This document shows positions 47,238 to 59,900 of a DNA stretch of 61,249 nt, in pieces. The notes under the pieces are model-generated. The model ran no database searches. It saw only the letters and a program-made list of their open reading frames with translations, and was not told the DNA's origin. Position 1 is the first letter of the stretch; the number at the start of each line of letters is the position of its first letter. Source of the DNA: Arcicella sp. (GTDB lineage Bacteria; Bacteroidota; Bacteroidia; Cytophagales; Spirosomataceae); assembly GCA_043756925.1 (NCBI GenBank), contig JAYVRF010000139.1, positions 1 to 61,249 of the forward strand, written 5' to 3'. Both the position numbers and the translations under genes were made by a program.

Positions 47238-48346
47238 AACGCTAACTCTTGTTGTTTTGATTTTTTTGCAATGGTTTTTACATAATCAAAAGACATCTCT
47301 GGAATCGCTGAGTATTTTGCTATTACTTGATTATCAATATTTTGAATATCATGAATAAAGTTTATCATCAGTTGTATTTCTTGACTTGTCATTACTGGAA
47401 ACTTATAATTTTCATTAAAATGTTTAAAATCAAAATCTTCTTTGGTTGCTAATCGTTTTTGTACAAAATCAAGATGATTTTGTAGTCTTTCTTTAATTAA
47501 ATTATTTAAAAGATTGATTTTTTCGGATGAAAGCGTTTCAAAAATTGTTTCTGAAAGATGTTTGTCAATTTCATAGCCTACACTATTTCTGCCCGATGCC
47601 AAAGCTGCCAATGAGGTTGTGCCTGTACCTAAAAACGGGTCAAGAACTACATCATCTTTTACTGAATACATATTGACTAAACGATAGGCTAATTCAAAAG
47701 GATAAGCCGCACTTCGCTCTCTGGAATTTTTATTATTAAGTTTTTGATTTGTTCCCGTCAATGTCCAAAGGTCTGAAAACCAAACGTTTCGCTCCTCCCA
47801 AAAAAAAGCACTTTGTTGTCTTTTTAATTTTTCGGCATCACTCTTGAAAATACGTTTTCCTCCTTTTCTAAAAATCAAAATGAACTCATGTTCAAGCGTT
47901 ACGTAAGCCCCTGCGGGTAACATTCCCGAACCCATAAATTTATTGGGAGAATTAGTTGGTTTTCGCCAAATAATTTCGGGTAAATTAGTAAAACCCATCT
48001 TCACAAAATGCGAAATTATGCGAGCATGATTAGCAAAAAGGTTAAAGTTTTCACCCAAAGTACGAGTAGCATCACCAATATTTACGCAAACAAAACCACC
48101 CTTTTTTACAACTCTATTTACCTCATTCCAAACTTTATCCAATTCAAAGTGCATCAATTCAAAAGCCTCTGAACCTTTACTTTGAGCTATAAGTCCTTGA
48201 ATATTAGCATCTTGTCCATTCATGATTTCATCCCACATTTCTATCATCGGATAAGGGGGCGACGTAACCACCAAATCAACCGAATTATCAGAAAGTTCTT
48301 GCATTTGTTGAGCAAGCGAAAAATGGATTTTATGAGTAGTTTGCAT
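47234..48346 (-). CDS. N4-cytosine (beta-class) DNA methyltransferase
   Basis: VTSPPY precedes VLDPFLGTGTT; convergent with and overlapping the REase. Confidence 0.92.
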   Translation of the reverse strand: MQTTHKIHFSLAQQMQELSDNSVDLVVTSPPYPMIEMWDEIMNGQDANIQGLIAQSKGSEAFELMHFELDKVWNEVNRVVKKGGFVCVNIGDATRTLGENFNLFANHARIISHFVKMGFTNLPEIIWRKPTNSPNKFMGSGMLPAGAYVTLEHEFILIFRKGGKRIFKSDAEKLKRQQSAFFWEERNVWFSDLWTLTGTNQKLNNKNSRERSAAYPFELAYRLVNMYSVKDDVVLDPFLGTGTTSLAALASGRNSVGYEIDKHLSETIFETLSSEKINLLNNLIKERLQNHLDFVQKRLATKEDFDFKHFNENYKFPVMTSQEIQLMINFIHDIQNIDNQVIAKYSAIPEMSFDYVKTIAKKSKQQELAF

Positions 48347-48414
48347 AGAACAAAGTTACGTTTTTTAGCGTTTTAATAATTGCTTATCTTTGTAAGAATC
48401 GAAATTTAAACCAA

Positions 48415-50139
48415 ATGCAACAAACCATATCCACCACCCCGCCAGTACGTAAGTTTTTGGGCAAAGAATTTGAATTGACGACTTGGGAAAGCGTAAAGCC
48501 TTTTTATGAAAATTTAGTGAAACGTACAATTGCAAATGCCAATGATTTACGCAAGTTTTTTGCTGACCGTTCTGAATTGGAAAGCTACCTTTCTGAAAAT
48601 TTTGCTTGGAGGTATATTAAAATGACTTGCGATACTTCCGACAAAGAAATCAAAGCTCATTTTGACCAATTTGTGGGAGAAATTCAACCGCAATTGGCTG
48701 AATACGATGATATTCTGAATCAAAAAACACTTGAAAATCCGTTTTTAGAAGAACTTAAAGACGCTGGATTTGATATTACTATTCGTGGAATGCAGAAGTC
48801 CACGGAGATTTTTAGGAATGAAAATATCCCACTTTTTACCGAAATTCAGAACCTTTCAAGTGAGTATCAGGGAATTACGGGTGGAATGACCGTTGAGTTT
48901 GATGGGCAGGTAAAAACGCTCCAACAAATGGGCGTTTTCTTGGAAAATACTGACCGTTCTTTGCGTGAATCTGTTTATCATACCGTCCAAGAAAGACGAT
49001 ATGCTGACCACGAAAAAATGGATGAAATTTTCAATAAACTGACCAAAATACGCCATCAAGTGGCTGTAAATGCAGATTTTGATAATTTTAGAGATTATAC
49101 TTTTGCTGCTCTAAAACGCTTTGATTATACCGCAAAAGATTGTTTTGTTTTCCATGAAGCCGTTGCTGAAACCGTCGTTCCGATTTTGAATGAGTTAATG
49201 AATGAACGTAAAAATGCCTTGAAATTGGATAAACTTCGTCCTTGGGATAGAGCGGTTGATACGGAAGGTCGTCACGCTTTGCATCCGTTTGATGGCGGTG
49301 AAGATTTACTGAACAAAACCATTGAATGTTTTACCAATCTTGACCCATTTTTGGGCGAATGTCTCACAATTATGAAAAGTATGGGGCGTTTGGATTTGGA
49401 ATCCAGGGTTGGAAAAGCCCCAGGCGGATATAATTATCCTTTGGAAGAAACGGGTTTTCCATTTATTTTTATGAATGCTTCTTCGTTAATGCGTGATGTC
49501 ATTACGATGCTTCACGAAGGCGGTCATGCCGTACATTCAATCGTTACTAAGAACTTGACCCTCAACACGTTCCGTAATTTTCCATCCGAAGTTGCCGAGT
49601 TGGCTTCAATGTCGATGGAATTAATTTCGATGGATTATTGGGATGTTTATTTTGACAATGAAGAAGAATTAAAACGAGCCAAAATTCAACATTTGGAAGA
49701 CATCATTAGTACGCTTCCGTGGGTGGCAACGGTTGATAAATTTCAACATTGGATTTACGAAAACCCTACGCACACCACCGCAGAACGCACCGAGGCGTGG
49801 ATAAAAATATACGAGCAATTTGCGGATAGCATCACGGATTGGTCGGGCTTAGAGAAGTATAGAGCGACGATGTGGCATAAACAGTTGCACATTTTCGAGT
49901 TACCATTTTATTATATCGAATACGGTATTGCTCAATTAGGTGCTATTGGTGTGTGGAAAAATTATAAAGAAAACCCAGAAAAAGGCTTGCAGGGCTACTT
50001 GAACGCTCTAAAATTGGGTTACACTAAACCAATGAGCGAGATTTACGCCGCTGCGAATATTCCTTTTGATTTTTCAAAAAATCATATTGCTTCATTGATG
50101 AATTTTGTAAGGACGGAGTTGGCGGTTTTGAAAGGGTAG
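48415..50139 (+). CDS. M3 family oligoendopeptidase (PepF-like)
   Basis: KAPGGYN, HEGGH, SEVAELASMSMEL, QLHIFELPFYYIEY. Confidence 0.95.
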   Translation: MQQTISTTPPVRKFLGKEFELTTWESVKPFYENLVKRTIANANDLRKFFADRSELESYLSENFAWRYIKMTCDTSDKEIKAHFDQFVGEIQPQLAEYDDILNQKTLENPFLEELKDAGFDITIRGMQKSTEIFRNENIPLFTEIQNLSSEYQGITGGMTVEFDGQVKTLQQMGVFLENTDRSLRESVYHTVQERRYADHEKMDEIFNKLTKIRHQVAVNADFDNFRDYTFAALKRFDYTAKDCFVFHEAVAETVVPILNELMNERKNALKLDKLRPWDRAVDTEGRHALHPFDGGEDLLNKTIECFTNLDPFLGECLTIMKSMGRLDLESRVGKAPGGYNYPLEETGFPFIFMNASSLMRDVITMLHEGGHAVHSIVTKNLTLNTFRNFPSEVAELASMSMELISMDYWDVYFDNEEELKRAKIQHLEDIISTLPWVATVDKFQHWIYENPTHTTAERTEAWIKIYEQFADSITDWSGLEKYRATMWHKQLHIFELPFYYIEYGIAQLGAIGVWKNYKENPEKGLQGYLNALKLGYTKPMSEIYAAANIPFDFSKNHIASLMNFVRTELAVLKG

Positions 50140-50169
50140 TAGAAGATGTCAATCTATGTACTTAAACAA

Positions 50170-50205
50170 TAAATGTAGCACAGATTAAAACCTGTGCTAC
50201 ATTTA
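50170..50205. terminator. Bidirectional terminator between convergent genes
   Basis: TAAATGTAGCACAG...CTGTGCTACATTTA. Confidence 0.75.
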
Positions 50206-52323
50206 CTTCAACGCAATCCCCCGCTGAGTCAGAAACGTTACCGCATTTTGGTCTCCTTTTGCCACGGCACTTTGCATGGCTTTTATGCCGTTTGGAAAAT
50301 CTCCGTGCTGTCCGTATTCCAAACCAATATTGTAATCAAAACTTCCATCTTTCTTATCGGCTAAAATGCCTTTTTGCCAAGCCTTCACCGCATTTTGCCA
50401 ATCACCAATGGATTTATAGGCAACACCCAGATTTTTATAGGCAACGGTTGCCTTGGGGTCAATTTTTATGGCTTTTTCTAACTCCTTAATCTCGCCTGCG
50501 TGGTCACCTTTGTGATTCAAAATCGTACTAATATTGATGTGTGGGTCAGCAAATTTTACGTCCAAATTCATGGCAGTTTGATAACGTTTCATGGCTTCGT
50601 CTTCCTTGCCTTGTTTTGCCAAACACAAACCCATAATGTTCTGGGCAAATTGGTTTTTATTAGCCGATTTTTCCAAAGCAATCTGCGACTCATCAATGGC
50701 AATATTATATTTTCCCGTGTAATAATATGCCGCTCCAAGCATCCAGTGAAGGTTTTGCATTTCTTTGGGTTTAATTTTTAAAGCTGCCTCGAAGTTATCA
50801 ACCGTTAAATCATACTTCTTTTCATCAAAATAAATCTGCCCTAAAGCCGTATGAACATCTGCCGTTTTAAAGGTGGTTTTGTGGGTTTCTTCAAAATAAA
50901 ACTTAGCTTTTTCGTTGTCTTTTTTACCAAACCAATACCAACCCATATTACTCGTCACCATAGGGTCAGAAGGGTGTTTTTCGTAGATTGGGGTAAACAA
51001 AGTCAGCGTATCTTTCCATTTAGTGGATTGATTAAAAGACAAGAAGGTTAAACCCAATAAAAGCACCATTCCAATGCCAGGCATGAGTTTATGGGTAGAT
51101 GCTTTTTGGTATAAACGATTGGCAAAAACTGCCAAAATCACCAAAGGTCCTATCGAAGAAACATAAAAATAACGGTCAGCCATCAAGGCACTACCCACGG
51201 GCAGAACTTGCGAAACGGGAAAAATTACGATGAGGAAATAAAGTCCTCCCCACCAAACTAATTTGTTTTTTCGACCTGCCCAAAACAAAGTAATTGCTAA
51301 AACCAACACACCCGAAAAGGCAGAATAATAAATGGATGGAATGGCTCCGTTGGGTTTTTGTGGATAAGGATAAAAGGCAATCAAATTGGTCGGTAAAACC
51401 ATTTTTATCCAGTAATACAAAATACCATAATTTATCATAAAAAAGCGTTCTGAGAAGGAATAGGCATCAGAAATCACTTTTGTGGCGTTAGCTCCTGCAT
51501 CACTCTGAGCCTTGATGGAAATAATACCCGTAATCAAAGAAACGACAAAAAATGGAGCTTTCTCAATGCCAATTTTGACGATTTGCTTACGGTTTAACAA
51601 GAAATAGTCAGTAATTAAAAATACTACTGGTAAAATTACTGCCATACCCTTTGACAAACACGAGAGAATAAATAAGCACAAAGCGTACCATAAATTTTTG
51701 CTTTTCCAATTCGTAACATCTTGATTATCAAGTCTATCGATGTATTTAAGGTATTGCCAAAAAGATAAAAGTAAAAACAAGGTATAAAGCACGTCCTTGC
51801 GTTCAGCCGCCCATACCACCGACTCCACGTGAAGGGGATGAATGGCAAAAAGTACCGAAGTAACCGCCCCAATTAAGAAGTTTTTGCTCAATTTTTCAAC
51901 CACTTTAAACACTAAAATACTATTAATGATGTGAATTACAGTATTATTGAAATGATAAACCCAAGCAGTGTCCTTCACGAGTGAATATTCGATGTAATAC
52001 GTCAGCATCGTAAGTGGATGCCAGTTACCGAGATAATAATCTGAAGCAAGTGTCTTGAAATTTTTGAAGGAAAGTTGTCTTAAATCTTCATTATTAACGA
52101 TATAAAACATATCATCCCAAACGTAACCATTCTGAAAACCAGGCAAAAAGGCGATGAATGCACAAACCGTAACAATTCCCACAACAATCCAAAAATTACG
52201 TTCAGTATAAGGAATTGGTTCAATCAAAACTTCGGGTTCTTTAACGATTTTTGTGGTTTGATTGACCGTTTGGTTTTTTTGTAGGATATTCTTAGGAGTC
52301 GGAGATACTTTATTCTTTGCCAT
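50203..52323 (-). CDS. TMTC-like GT-C membrane glycosyltransferase with C-terminal TPRs
   Basis: YVWDD, WHPLT, FAIHPLHVESVVWAAERKD, ADRYFY, WKD, then TPRs. Confidence 0.85.
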   Translation of the reverse strand: MAKNKVSPTPKNILQKNQTVNQTTKIVKEPEVLIEPIPYTERNFWIVVGIVTVCAFIAFLPGFQNGYVWDDMFYIVNNEDLRQLSFKNFKTLASDYYLGNWHPLTMLTYYIEYSLVKDTAWVYHFNNTVIHIINSILVFKVVEKLSKNFLIGAVTSVLFAIHPLHVESVVWAAERKDVLYTLFLLLSFWQYLKYIDRLDNQDVTNWKSKNLWYALCLFILSCLSKGMAVILPVVFLITDYFLLNRKQIVKIGIEKAPFFVVSLITGIISIKAQSDAGANATKVISDAYSFSERFFMINYGILYYWIKMVLPTNLIAFYPYPQKPNGAIPSIYYSAFSGVLVLAITLFWAGRKNKLVWWGGLYFLIVIFPVSQVLPVGSALMADRYFYVSSIGPLVILAVFANRLYQKASTHKLMPGIGMVLLLGLTFLSFNQSTKWKDTLTLFTPIYEKHPSDPMVTSNMGWYWFGKKDNEKAKFYFEETHKTTFKTADVHTALGQIYFDEKKYDLTVDNFEAALKIKPKEMQNLHWMLGAAYYYTGKYNIAIDESQIALEKSANKNQFAQNIMGLCLAKQGKEDEAMKRYQTAMNLDVKFADPHINISTILNHKGDHAGEIKELEKAIKIDPKATVAYKNLGVAYKSIGDWQNAVKAWQKGILADKKDGSFDYNIGLEYGQHGDFPNGIKAMQSAVAKGDQNAVTFLTQRGIALK

Positions 52324-52521
52324 ATTTTGTGTAAAGGAATTTCGGGTTTTTTGATTGTAAGCAAATAGTATGCAAAACTAAAAAAAAATATGGAAAAGTA
52401 GTTTTGTATAAATGATTTGTTGTGATAACTGATATTAATTTCAAATATTTAAGGTGTATTTTAAATTCAGTATAATGTAAAATAGAAAATAATTTTAACA
52501 ATACTCAACAATAACCCAAAC

Positions 52522-52557
52522 AAAAACCCTCTTGAAACTTAATCCAAGAGGGTTTTT
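52522..52557 (-). terminator. rpoBC terminator
   Basis: AAAAACCCTCTTG...CAAGAGGGTTTTT. Confidence 0.8.
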
Positions 52558-52581
52558 ATATTTCAATCTATTTCCTGTAAC

Positions 52582-55500
52582 CTACACTGACCAACGAGCT
52601 TTACGATAAGAAGCTGAACCTGCCTTTTCGGCAACCGTCTTTGCTTCTTTTGATGCTTCCACTTGCTGTAATTCCTCTTTTGAAGTAATTACGTAGTCTA
52701 AGTATTTACGTACACCCGTACCCGCTGGGATTAAGTGTCCTACAATTACGTTTTCTTTCAAGCCGTCTAATGTATCTGCCTTTGCACGGATTGATGCTTC
52801 TGACAATACTTTCGTGGTCTCTTGGAATGATGCCGCTGAGATGAACGAATCAGTTCCCAACGATGCTTGCGTAATACCTTGCAAGTTTGGATGTGAAACA
52901 GCTGGTTCAGCATCACGAACAGTTACAATTTTTAAGTCACGACGTTTCAATGATGAGTTTTCATCACGTAATGCACGAGCCGATACAATCATACCTACTT
53001 TCATGTGTTCCGAATCTCCCGCTTCCATTACCACTTTTTGGTCAGTAATTTTATCGTTTTCCTCACGGAATAAGAATCTATCAACATTTTGTCCATTCAA
53101 GAACATCGTGTCTCCTGATTCATCAATAATCACTTTCTGCATCATCTGGCGAACGATTGATTCAATGTGCTTATCGTTAATCTTCACACCTTGAAGACGA
53201 TACACATCTTGAATTTCATTTACCAAATATTCTTGTACCGCTGTTGGCCCTTTGATTGCCAAAATGTCTGACGGTGTGATTGCACCATCCGAAAGTGGAA
53301 TACCTGCACGCACAAAGTCATTATTCTGAACCAAGATGTGTTTCGATAATGGCACCAAGTATTTACGTTCTGCACCGTCTTTGGCACGTACATAAATCTC
53401 ACGATTACCACGTTTGATACCTCCCAAGGTGATTACACCGTCAATCTCAGAAACAACCGCTGGATTTGAAGGGTTACGAGCCTCAAATAATTCCGTTACC
53501 CGTGGAAGTCCACCCGTGATATCACGAGTTTTACCTGCCGCACGTGGAATTTTTGCCAAGATTTGTCCTGGTTTAATTTTCGCACCATTTTCAATTGCCA
53601 AACGAGCCGCTACTGGAACGTTATAGATAACAGGTTCATCAGCACCTTTTATGTTGATAATGATGGCAGGGTTTTTCGTTTTATCTTTCGATTCGATAAT
53701 TACTTTCTCACGAAGACCTGTTTGCTCATCGGCTTCATCCTTATAAGTGATGTTTTCTTCAATGGCATCAAATTCTGCTTTACCTTCAACTTCTGAAAGG
53801 ATAACCGCATTATACGGATCCCAAGCACAAATCTCTTCACCTTTTGTTACAGTCTGTCCGTCTTTAACCCTCAAATATGAACCATAAGGAACGTTATTTG
53901 AAATATAAACTTGCGTCAAAGTGGCTGGATTCAAGATTTGAACCTCCCCCGAACGTCCCATCACAATTTCAACTGATTTTCCTTCTGAATCGATTGATGT
54001 TACGGTTTTAACCTCTTCAAACTTAATGATACCGTCAAATTTAGCTTTGATGGTTGCATCCAATGTTACGTTTTGAGCCGTACCACCCACGTGGAATGTA
54101 CGTAGCGTAAGCTGTGTTCCTGGCTCACCGATTGACTGTGAGGCAATTACACCCACGGCTTCACCAATACTTACCATTTTACCCGTTGAAAGGTTACGTC
54201 CATAACATTTTGCACAAACACCGCTACGAGTCTCACAAGTCAATACCGAACGAATTTCGATGTAATCAATCGCCGTGTCATCTACGCTAAGGGCTGCCTT
54301 TTCGTTGATTTCTTCACCTGCGGTGATTAATAATTCATTCGTAACTGGGTCATAGACATCATGAATTGACACACGACCAAGGATACGTTCTGACAATGGT
54401 TCAATAATTTCTTCGTTGTCTTTCAAAGCAGAAACTTGTAAACCACGAAGTGTTCCACAATCTTCTTCATTGATGATAACGTCTTGGGCAACATCATGCA
54501 AACGACGAGTTAAATAACCCGCATCGGCAGTTTTCAAGGCAGTATCGGCAAGACCCTTACGAGCACCGTGCGTTGAGATAAAGTATTCCAATACGTCAAG
54601 ACCTTCCTTAAAGTTAGAAAGAATTGGATTTTCGATGATTTCACCTACCGAACCTTGTAAGTTCTTTTGAGGTTTTGCCATCAAACCACGCATACCACCT
54701 AACTGACGAATTTGCTCACGAGAACCACGGGCTCCAGAGTGCATCATCATATAGATTGCGTTAAATCCTTGCTTATCGTTCTCCATTTGATTCATCAAGG
54801 TATCAGTAATTTTCTTATTTACTGATGTCCAAATATCAATAACGGCGTTGTAACGCTCATTATCAGTAATTAAACCCATCAAATAGTTTTCTGTAACGGC
54901 AGCAACGTCAGCTTTCGCTTTAATTACTAAATCAGCTTTTTCAGTAGGCACGATAATATCGCCAAGACCCATTGAAAGACCACCTTTAAATGCCATTTGG
55001 AAACCTAATTCCTTAATATCATCCAAGAATCTGGCGGTACGAGCAACGCCTGAAATCTTAAATACTTGAGAAATAATTTGTTGTAATTTCTTTTTCGTTA
55101 AAAGTTCGTTGATAAAACCGACTTCTTCTGGCACGCAAAGATTGAACAAAATACGTCCCGCAACGGTTTCAACCATTTCTGATTTCAACGTTCCATCTTC
55201 TTGACGAACTTTTGTTTTTACCGTTATATTAGCGTGTTTCGATACAACACCTTCGTTCATACCGATAACAACTTCTTCAAAACCATAAAACTTCATGCCT
55301 TCGCCTTTCACTTCATATTCTGGGGTATGTCTACGTCCTTTCGTTACGTAGTATAAACCAAGAACCATATCCTGTGAAGGCACCGTAATTGGAGCTCCGT
55401 TGGCAGGGTTCAAAATATTGTGTGAACCCAACATCAAAAGAGATGCCTCCAAAATTGCTTCTTGTCCCAATGGAACGTGAACCGCCATCTGATCACCATC

Positions 55501-56925
55501 AAAATCGGCGTTGAATGCCGTACAAGTCAATGGGTGTAATTGGATTGCTTTTCCTTCAATCAATTTTGGCTGGAATGCTTGAATACCCAAACGGTGAAGC
55601 GTTGGAGCTCTGTTCAAAAGAACGGGATGTCCTTTCATTACATTTTCCAAAATATCCCATACTACTGGATCTTTTCTATCAACAATTTTCTTGGCAGATT
55701 TCACCGTTTTCACGATTCCTCTTTCAATTAACTTTCTGATAACGAATGGCTTGAACAATTCAGCTGCCATATCTTTTGGCAATCCGCATTCGTGCAATTT
55801 CAATTCTGGTCCAACTACAATTACCGAACGACCTGAATAATCGACACGTTTACCTAATAAGTTTTGACGGAAACGACCTTGTTTTCCTTTCAACATATCT
55901 GAAAGAGATTTCAAGGCACGGTTACCTTCCGAACGTACAGCGTTTACTTTACGTGAGTTATCGAATAATGAATCGACAGCTTCTTGCAACATACGTTTTT
56001 CGTTACGTAAGATTACTTCGGGCGCTTTGATTTCAATTAGACGCTTCAAACGGTTATTACGGATAATTACACGACGGTATAAATCGTTCAAATCCGAAGT
56101 GGCAAAACGACCACCATCCAAAGGCACAAGTGGACGTAATTCTGGTGGAATTACGGGTACCATTTTGATAATCATCCACTCAGGACGATTTTCAATACGA
56201 GTACCTGCTTCACGGAACGCTTCAACAACCTTCAAACGTTTCAAGGCTTCTGCCTTGCGTTGTTGTGAAGTATCATTGGCTGCTGAGTGACGTAAATCAT
56301 AAGATAAATTGTCTAATTCAGTACGTTCCAACAACATATTCAAAGCATCAGCACCCATCTTAGCGATGAATTTCTGAGGGTCTTCGTCTGGCAATAATTG
56401 GTTCTCACGAGGCAATTTATCCACGATGTCCAAATATTCGTCTTCCGTTAAGAAATCCATTTTGTTCACCCCGTCTTCTGCCTTTATACCCGTTTGAACT
56501 ACTACGTATCTTTCGTAGTAAATTACTTGGTCGAGTTTTTTAGTAGAAAGTCCTAACAAATAACCAATCTTGTTAGGCAAACTACGGAAGTACCAAATAT
56601 GGGCAACAGGCACAACGAGTTCGATGTGTCCCATACGCTCACGACGTACTTTTTTCTCGGTAACTTCCACACCGCAACGGTCGCAGATGATACCTTTGTA
56701 ACGAATACGCTTGTATTTGCCACAATGACATTCCCAGTCTTTGGTTGGTCCGAAGATTCTTTCACAGAACAAACCGCCCATTTCAGGCTTGTAAGTACGG
56801 TAATTAATTGTTTCGGGCTGCGTAACTTCTCCATGCGAGCCTTCGAGAATTGACTCGGGCGAGGCTAAGGAAATGGTTACTTTCTGGAATTCACTATTTA
56901 TTTTTCTATTTTTCTTGAATGACAT
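52582..56925 (-). CDS. rpoC: RNA polymerase beta' subunit
   Basis: NADFDGD active site, Zn finger, full length. Confidence 0.99.
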   Translation of the reverse strand: MSFKKNRKINSEFQKVTISLASPESILEGSHGEVTQPETINYRTYKPEMGGLFCERIFGPTKDWECHCGKYKRIRYKGIICDRCGVEVTEKKVRRERMGHIELVVPVAHIWYFRSLPNKIGYLLGLSTKKLDQVIYYERYVVVQTGIKAEDGVNKMDFLTEDEYLDIVDKLPRENQLLPDEDPQKFIAKMGADALNMLLERTELDNLSYDLRHSAANDTSQQRKAEALKRLKVVEAFREAGTRIENRPEWMIIKMVPVIPPELRPLVPLDGGRFATSDLNDLYRRVIIRNNRLKRLIEIKAPEVILRNEKRMLQEAVDSLFDNSRKVNAVRSEGNRALKSLSDMLKGKQGRFRQNLLGKRVDYSGRSVIVVGPELKLHECGLPKDMAAELFKPFVIRKLIERGIVKTVKSAKKIVDRKDPVVWDILENVMKGHPVLLNRAPTLHRLGIQAFQPKLIEGKAIQLHPLTCTAFNADFDGDQMAVHVPLGQEAILEASLLMLGSHNILNPANGAPITVPSQDMVLGLYYVTKGRRHTPEYEVKGEGMKFYGFEEVVIGMNEGVVSKHANITVKTKVRQEDGTLKSEMVETVAGRILFNLCVPEEVGFINELLTKKKLQQIISQVFKISGVARTARFLDDIKELGFQMAFKGGLSMGLGDIIVPTEKADLVIKAKADVAAVTENYLMGLITDNERYNAVIDIWTSVNKKITDTLMNQMENDKQGFNAIYMMMHSGARGSREQIRQLGGMRGLMAKPQKNLQGSVGEIIENPILSNFKEGLDVLEYFISTHGARKGLADTALKTADAGYLTRRLHDVAQDVIINEEDCGTLRGLQVSALKDNEEIIEPLSERILGRVSIHDVYDPVTNELLITAGEEINEKAALSVDDTAIDYIEIRSVLTCETRSGVCAKCYGRNLSTGKMVSIGEAVGVIASQSIGEPGTQLTLRTFHVGGTAQNVTLDATIKAKFDGIIKFEEVKTVTSIDSEGKSVEIVMGRSGEVQILNPATLTQVYISNNVPYGSYLRVKDGQTVTKGEEICAWDPYNAVILSEVEGKAEFDAIEENITYKDEADEQTGLREKVIIESKDKTKNPAIIINIKGADEPVIYNVPVAARLAIENGAKIKPGQILAKIPRAAGKTRDITGGLPRVTELFEARNPSNPAVVSEIDGVITLGGIKRGNREIYVRAKDGAERKYLVPLSKHILVQNNDFVRAGIPLSDGAITPSDILAIKGPTAVQEYLVNEIQDVYRLQGVKINDKHIESIVRQMMQKVIIDESGDTMFLNGQNVDRFLFREENDKITDQKVVMEAGDSEHMKVGMIVSARALRDENSSLKRRDLKIVTVRDAEPAVSHPNLQGITQASLGTDSFISAASFQETTKVLSEASIRAKADTLDGLKENVIVGHLIPAGTGVRKYLDYVITSKEELQQVEASKEAKTVAEKAGSASYRKARWSV

Positions 56926-56985
56926 TTTCGTGTTTGTTTGTGTTGAAAATGGTTCTAAATACTCATTTTAAAACATTACTAAAGA

Positions 56986-59900
56986 TTACTCCAAAGTAAT
57001 TTCCAAAGCTAAACCTCTCAATTCGTGAATCAATACGTTGAATGATTCTGGAATACCTGGTTTTGGCATGGCTTCACCTTTTACAATGGCTTCGTAGGCT
57101 TTTGCTCTACCAATTACATCATCAGATTTTACCGTTAAGATTTCTTGCAAGATATTAGCCGCACCAAATGCTTCTAACGCCCACACTTCCATCTCTCCAA
57201 AACGCTGTCCACCGAATTGGGCTTTACCTCCCAATGGTTGCTGAGTGATTAATGAGTACGGTCCGATTGAACGGGCGTGCATTTTATCATCAACTAAGTG
57301 ACCCAATTTCAACATATAGATAATACCTACTGTAATTGGTTGGTCGAACATATCTCCCGTCAAACCATTGTATAGATAAGTACGTCCCCATGCTGGCAGA
57401 CCCGCTTCTTCTAATTCTTTGGCTACTTCTACTGAGGTTGCTCCGTCGAAGATTGGAGTTGCATATTTACGTCCTAATTTCTGACCCGCCCATGCCAATA
57501 CAGTTTCATAAATCTGTCCGATGTTCATACGAGAAGGTACACCGAGTGGATTCAATACAATATCCATTGGGGTTCCGTCTTCTGCAAATGGCATATCTTC
57601 ATCACGTACAATACGAGCAACAACGCCTTTATTACCGTGACGACCCGCCATCTTATCACCTACTTTCAACTTACGTTTTTTGGCGATATACACTTTGGCA
57701 AGTTTAACGATACCCGCTGGCAATTCGTCTCCAACTTCCAACACAAACTTCTCACGCTTGTAGCGACCTACTCCTTCGTTACGACGAACGTTGTAGTTTT
57801 TCACCATTTGCAGTAATAAAACGTTTGTGTCTGCATCGTCCGTAGCACTTTCCAAAATTAAGTCAGCAATTAAGTTGGCTTCTTCTGGAACGCTGTATGA
57901 ACTATCATCACGATAAAGATTTTTTGGTGGGAACAATGACTCCTCAATATTACGAGCCGTCAATTTTGTTCCTTCCTCAATGATTACCGTTCCAAATTTG
58001 TGCTTTATGCTTCCTGCAACTTTACCGTCTAACAATTCAACGATTTTACCAATCATCTTTGCACGAATTCCCGTCAAATCTTTCGACAATTGTTTTGCTA
58101 ATCCTGAAATTTCTTTCTTCGCTTTCTCACGTTCGTCTTTGTCTTTCTTTGGACGGCTGAAAAGTTTGGTATCAATTACCACACCTTTCAATGATGGAGG
58201 TGCTTTCTTAGAAGCATCTTTTACATCACCCGCTTTGTCGCCGAAGATGGCACGAAGAAGTTTTTCTTCTGGTGTTGGGTCAGATTCTCCTTTTGGGGTA
58301 ATTTTACCAATCAAAATATCGCCTTCTTTCACATCAGAACCTACCCGAATCACCCCACTTTCGTCCAAATTTTTCACCGTTTCTTCGGCTACGTTTGGAA
58401 TCTCTGCGGTCAATTCTTCTTCTCCACGTTTTGTATCACGTACTTCCAATTCAAATTCTTCAATGTGAATAGAAGTAAAAATATCATCACGAACCACTCT
58501 TTCTGAAATTACAATCGCATCCTCAAAGTTATATCCCTGCCAAGGCATGAAGGCAACTTTCATATTACGACCCAAAGCTAATTCGCCTTGTTGAGTTGCA
58601 TAACCTTCACAAAGTGCTTGTCCTTTATTAACCCGTTGCCCTTTACGAACGATTGGTTTCAAGTTAATGGTTGTATCTTGGTTGGTACGACGGAATTTAA
58701 TTAATTTATATTCCTTCGTATCTCCTTCAAAACTAATCAAATATTCATTTGGAGTCATATCATATTTAACTACGATTTTGATAGAATCCACATAAACAAT
58801 TTCACCGTCTGCCTCCGCAACAATCAAAGTACGAGAGTCAAGAGCAACACTTGCTTCCAAACCAGTTCCCACAATTGGAGCTTCTGGACGTAGCAATGGT
58901 ACTGCCTGACGTTGCATATTTGAACCCATCAAAGCACGGTTGGCATCATCATGTTCCAAGAAAGGAATCAATGAAGCCGCTACCGATACAATCTGATTTG
59001 GAGCAATGTCCATTAATTGAGCCTGTTTTGGATCAACCAAAGGAAAATCACCTTCAAAACGTGCTTTCACAAGGTCAGAAGTAAAGGCTCCTGTTTCATC
59101 GTAACGAGCATTTGCTTGCACGATGTTTTTGCCATCTTCTTCTTCTGCCGTAAAGAATGTAATTTCATCCACTCTTACTTTACCATCAGAAATAGTACGA
59201 TAAGGTGTTTCGATGAAGCCCATTCCATTAATTTTGGCGTGAACACAAAGCGATGAAATCAAACCAATATTTGGTCCCTCTGGTGTTTCGATTGTACACA
59301 AACGACCGTAGTGCGTGTAGTGAACGTCACGAACCTCAAAACCTGCACGCTCACGAGAAAGACCCCCAGGTCCAAGTGCCGAAAGACGACGCTTGTGCGT
59401 AATCTCCGCCAATGGATTAGTTTGATCCATGAACTGTGAAAGCTGGTTTGTTCCAAAGAATGAATTGATTACCGACGATAAAGTACGTGCATTAATCAAA
59501 TCAACGGGCTTAAAATCTTCGTTATCACGAACGTTCATACGTTCCTTGATAGTACGAGCCATACGAGCCAAACCTACCCCAAATTGTGAATATAATTGCT
59601 CACCAACCGTACGAACACGACGGTTTGACAAGTGATCAATATCATCAACAAGGGCTTTTGAATTAATAAGTCCGATTAAATACTTAACGATTGAGATGAT
59701 ATCTGTTTTCGTTAAAACCTTCGTTCCCATCGGAATATCGTGACCCAATTTTTTGTTAATTCTATAACGACCAACTTCACCTAAATCATAACGCTTGTCA
59801 GAGAAAAATAAGTTTTGGATAATATCACGGGCAGTTTGCTCATCGGGTGCTTCGGTATTACGCAACTGACGGTAAATCTGCTCAACGGCTTCTTTCTCTG

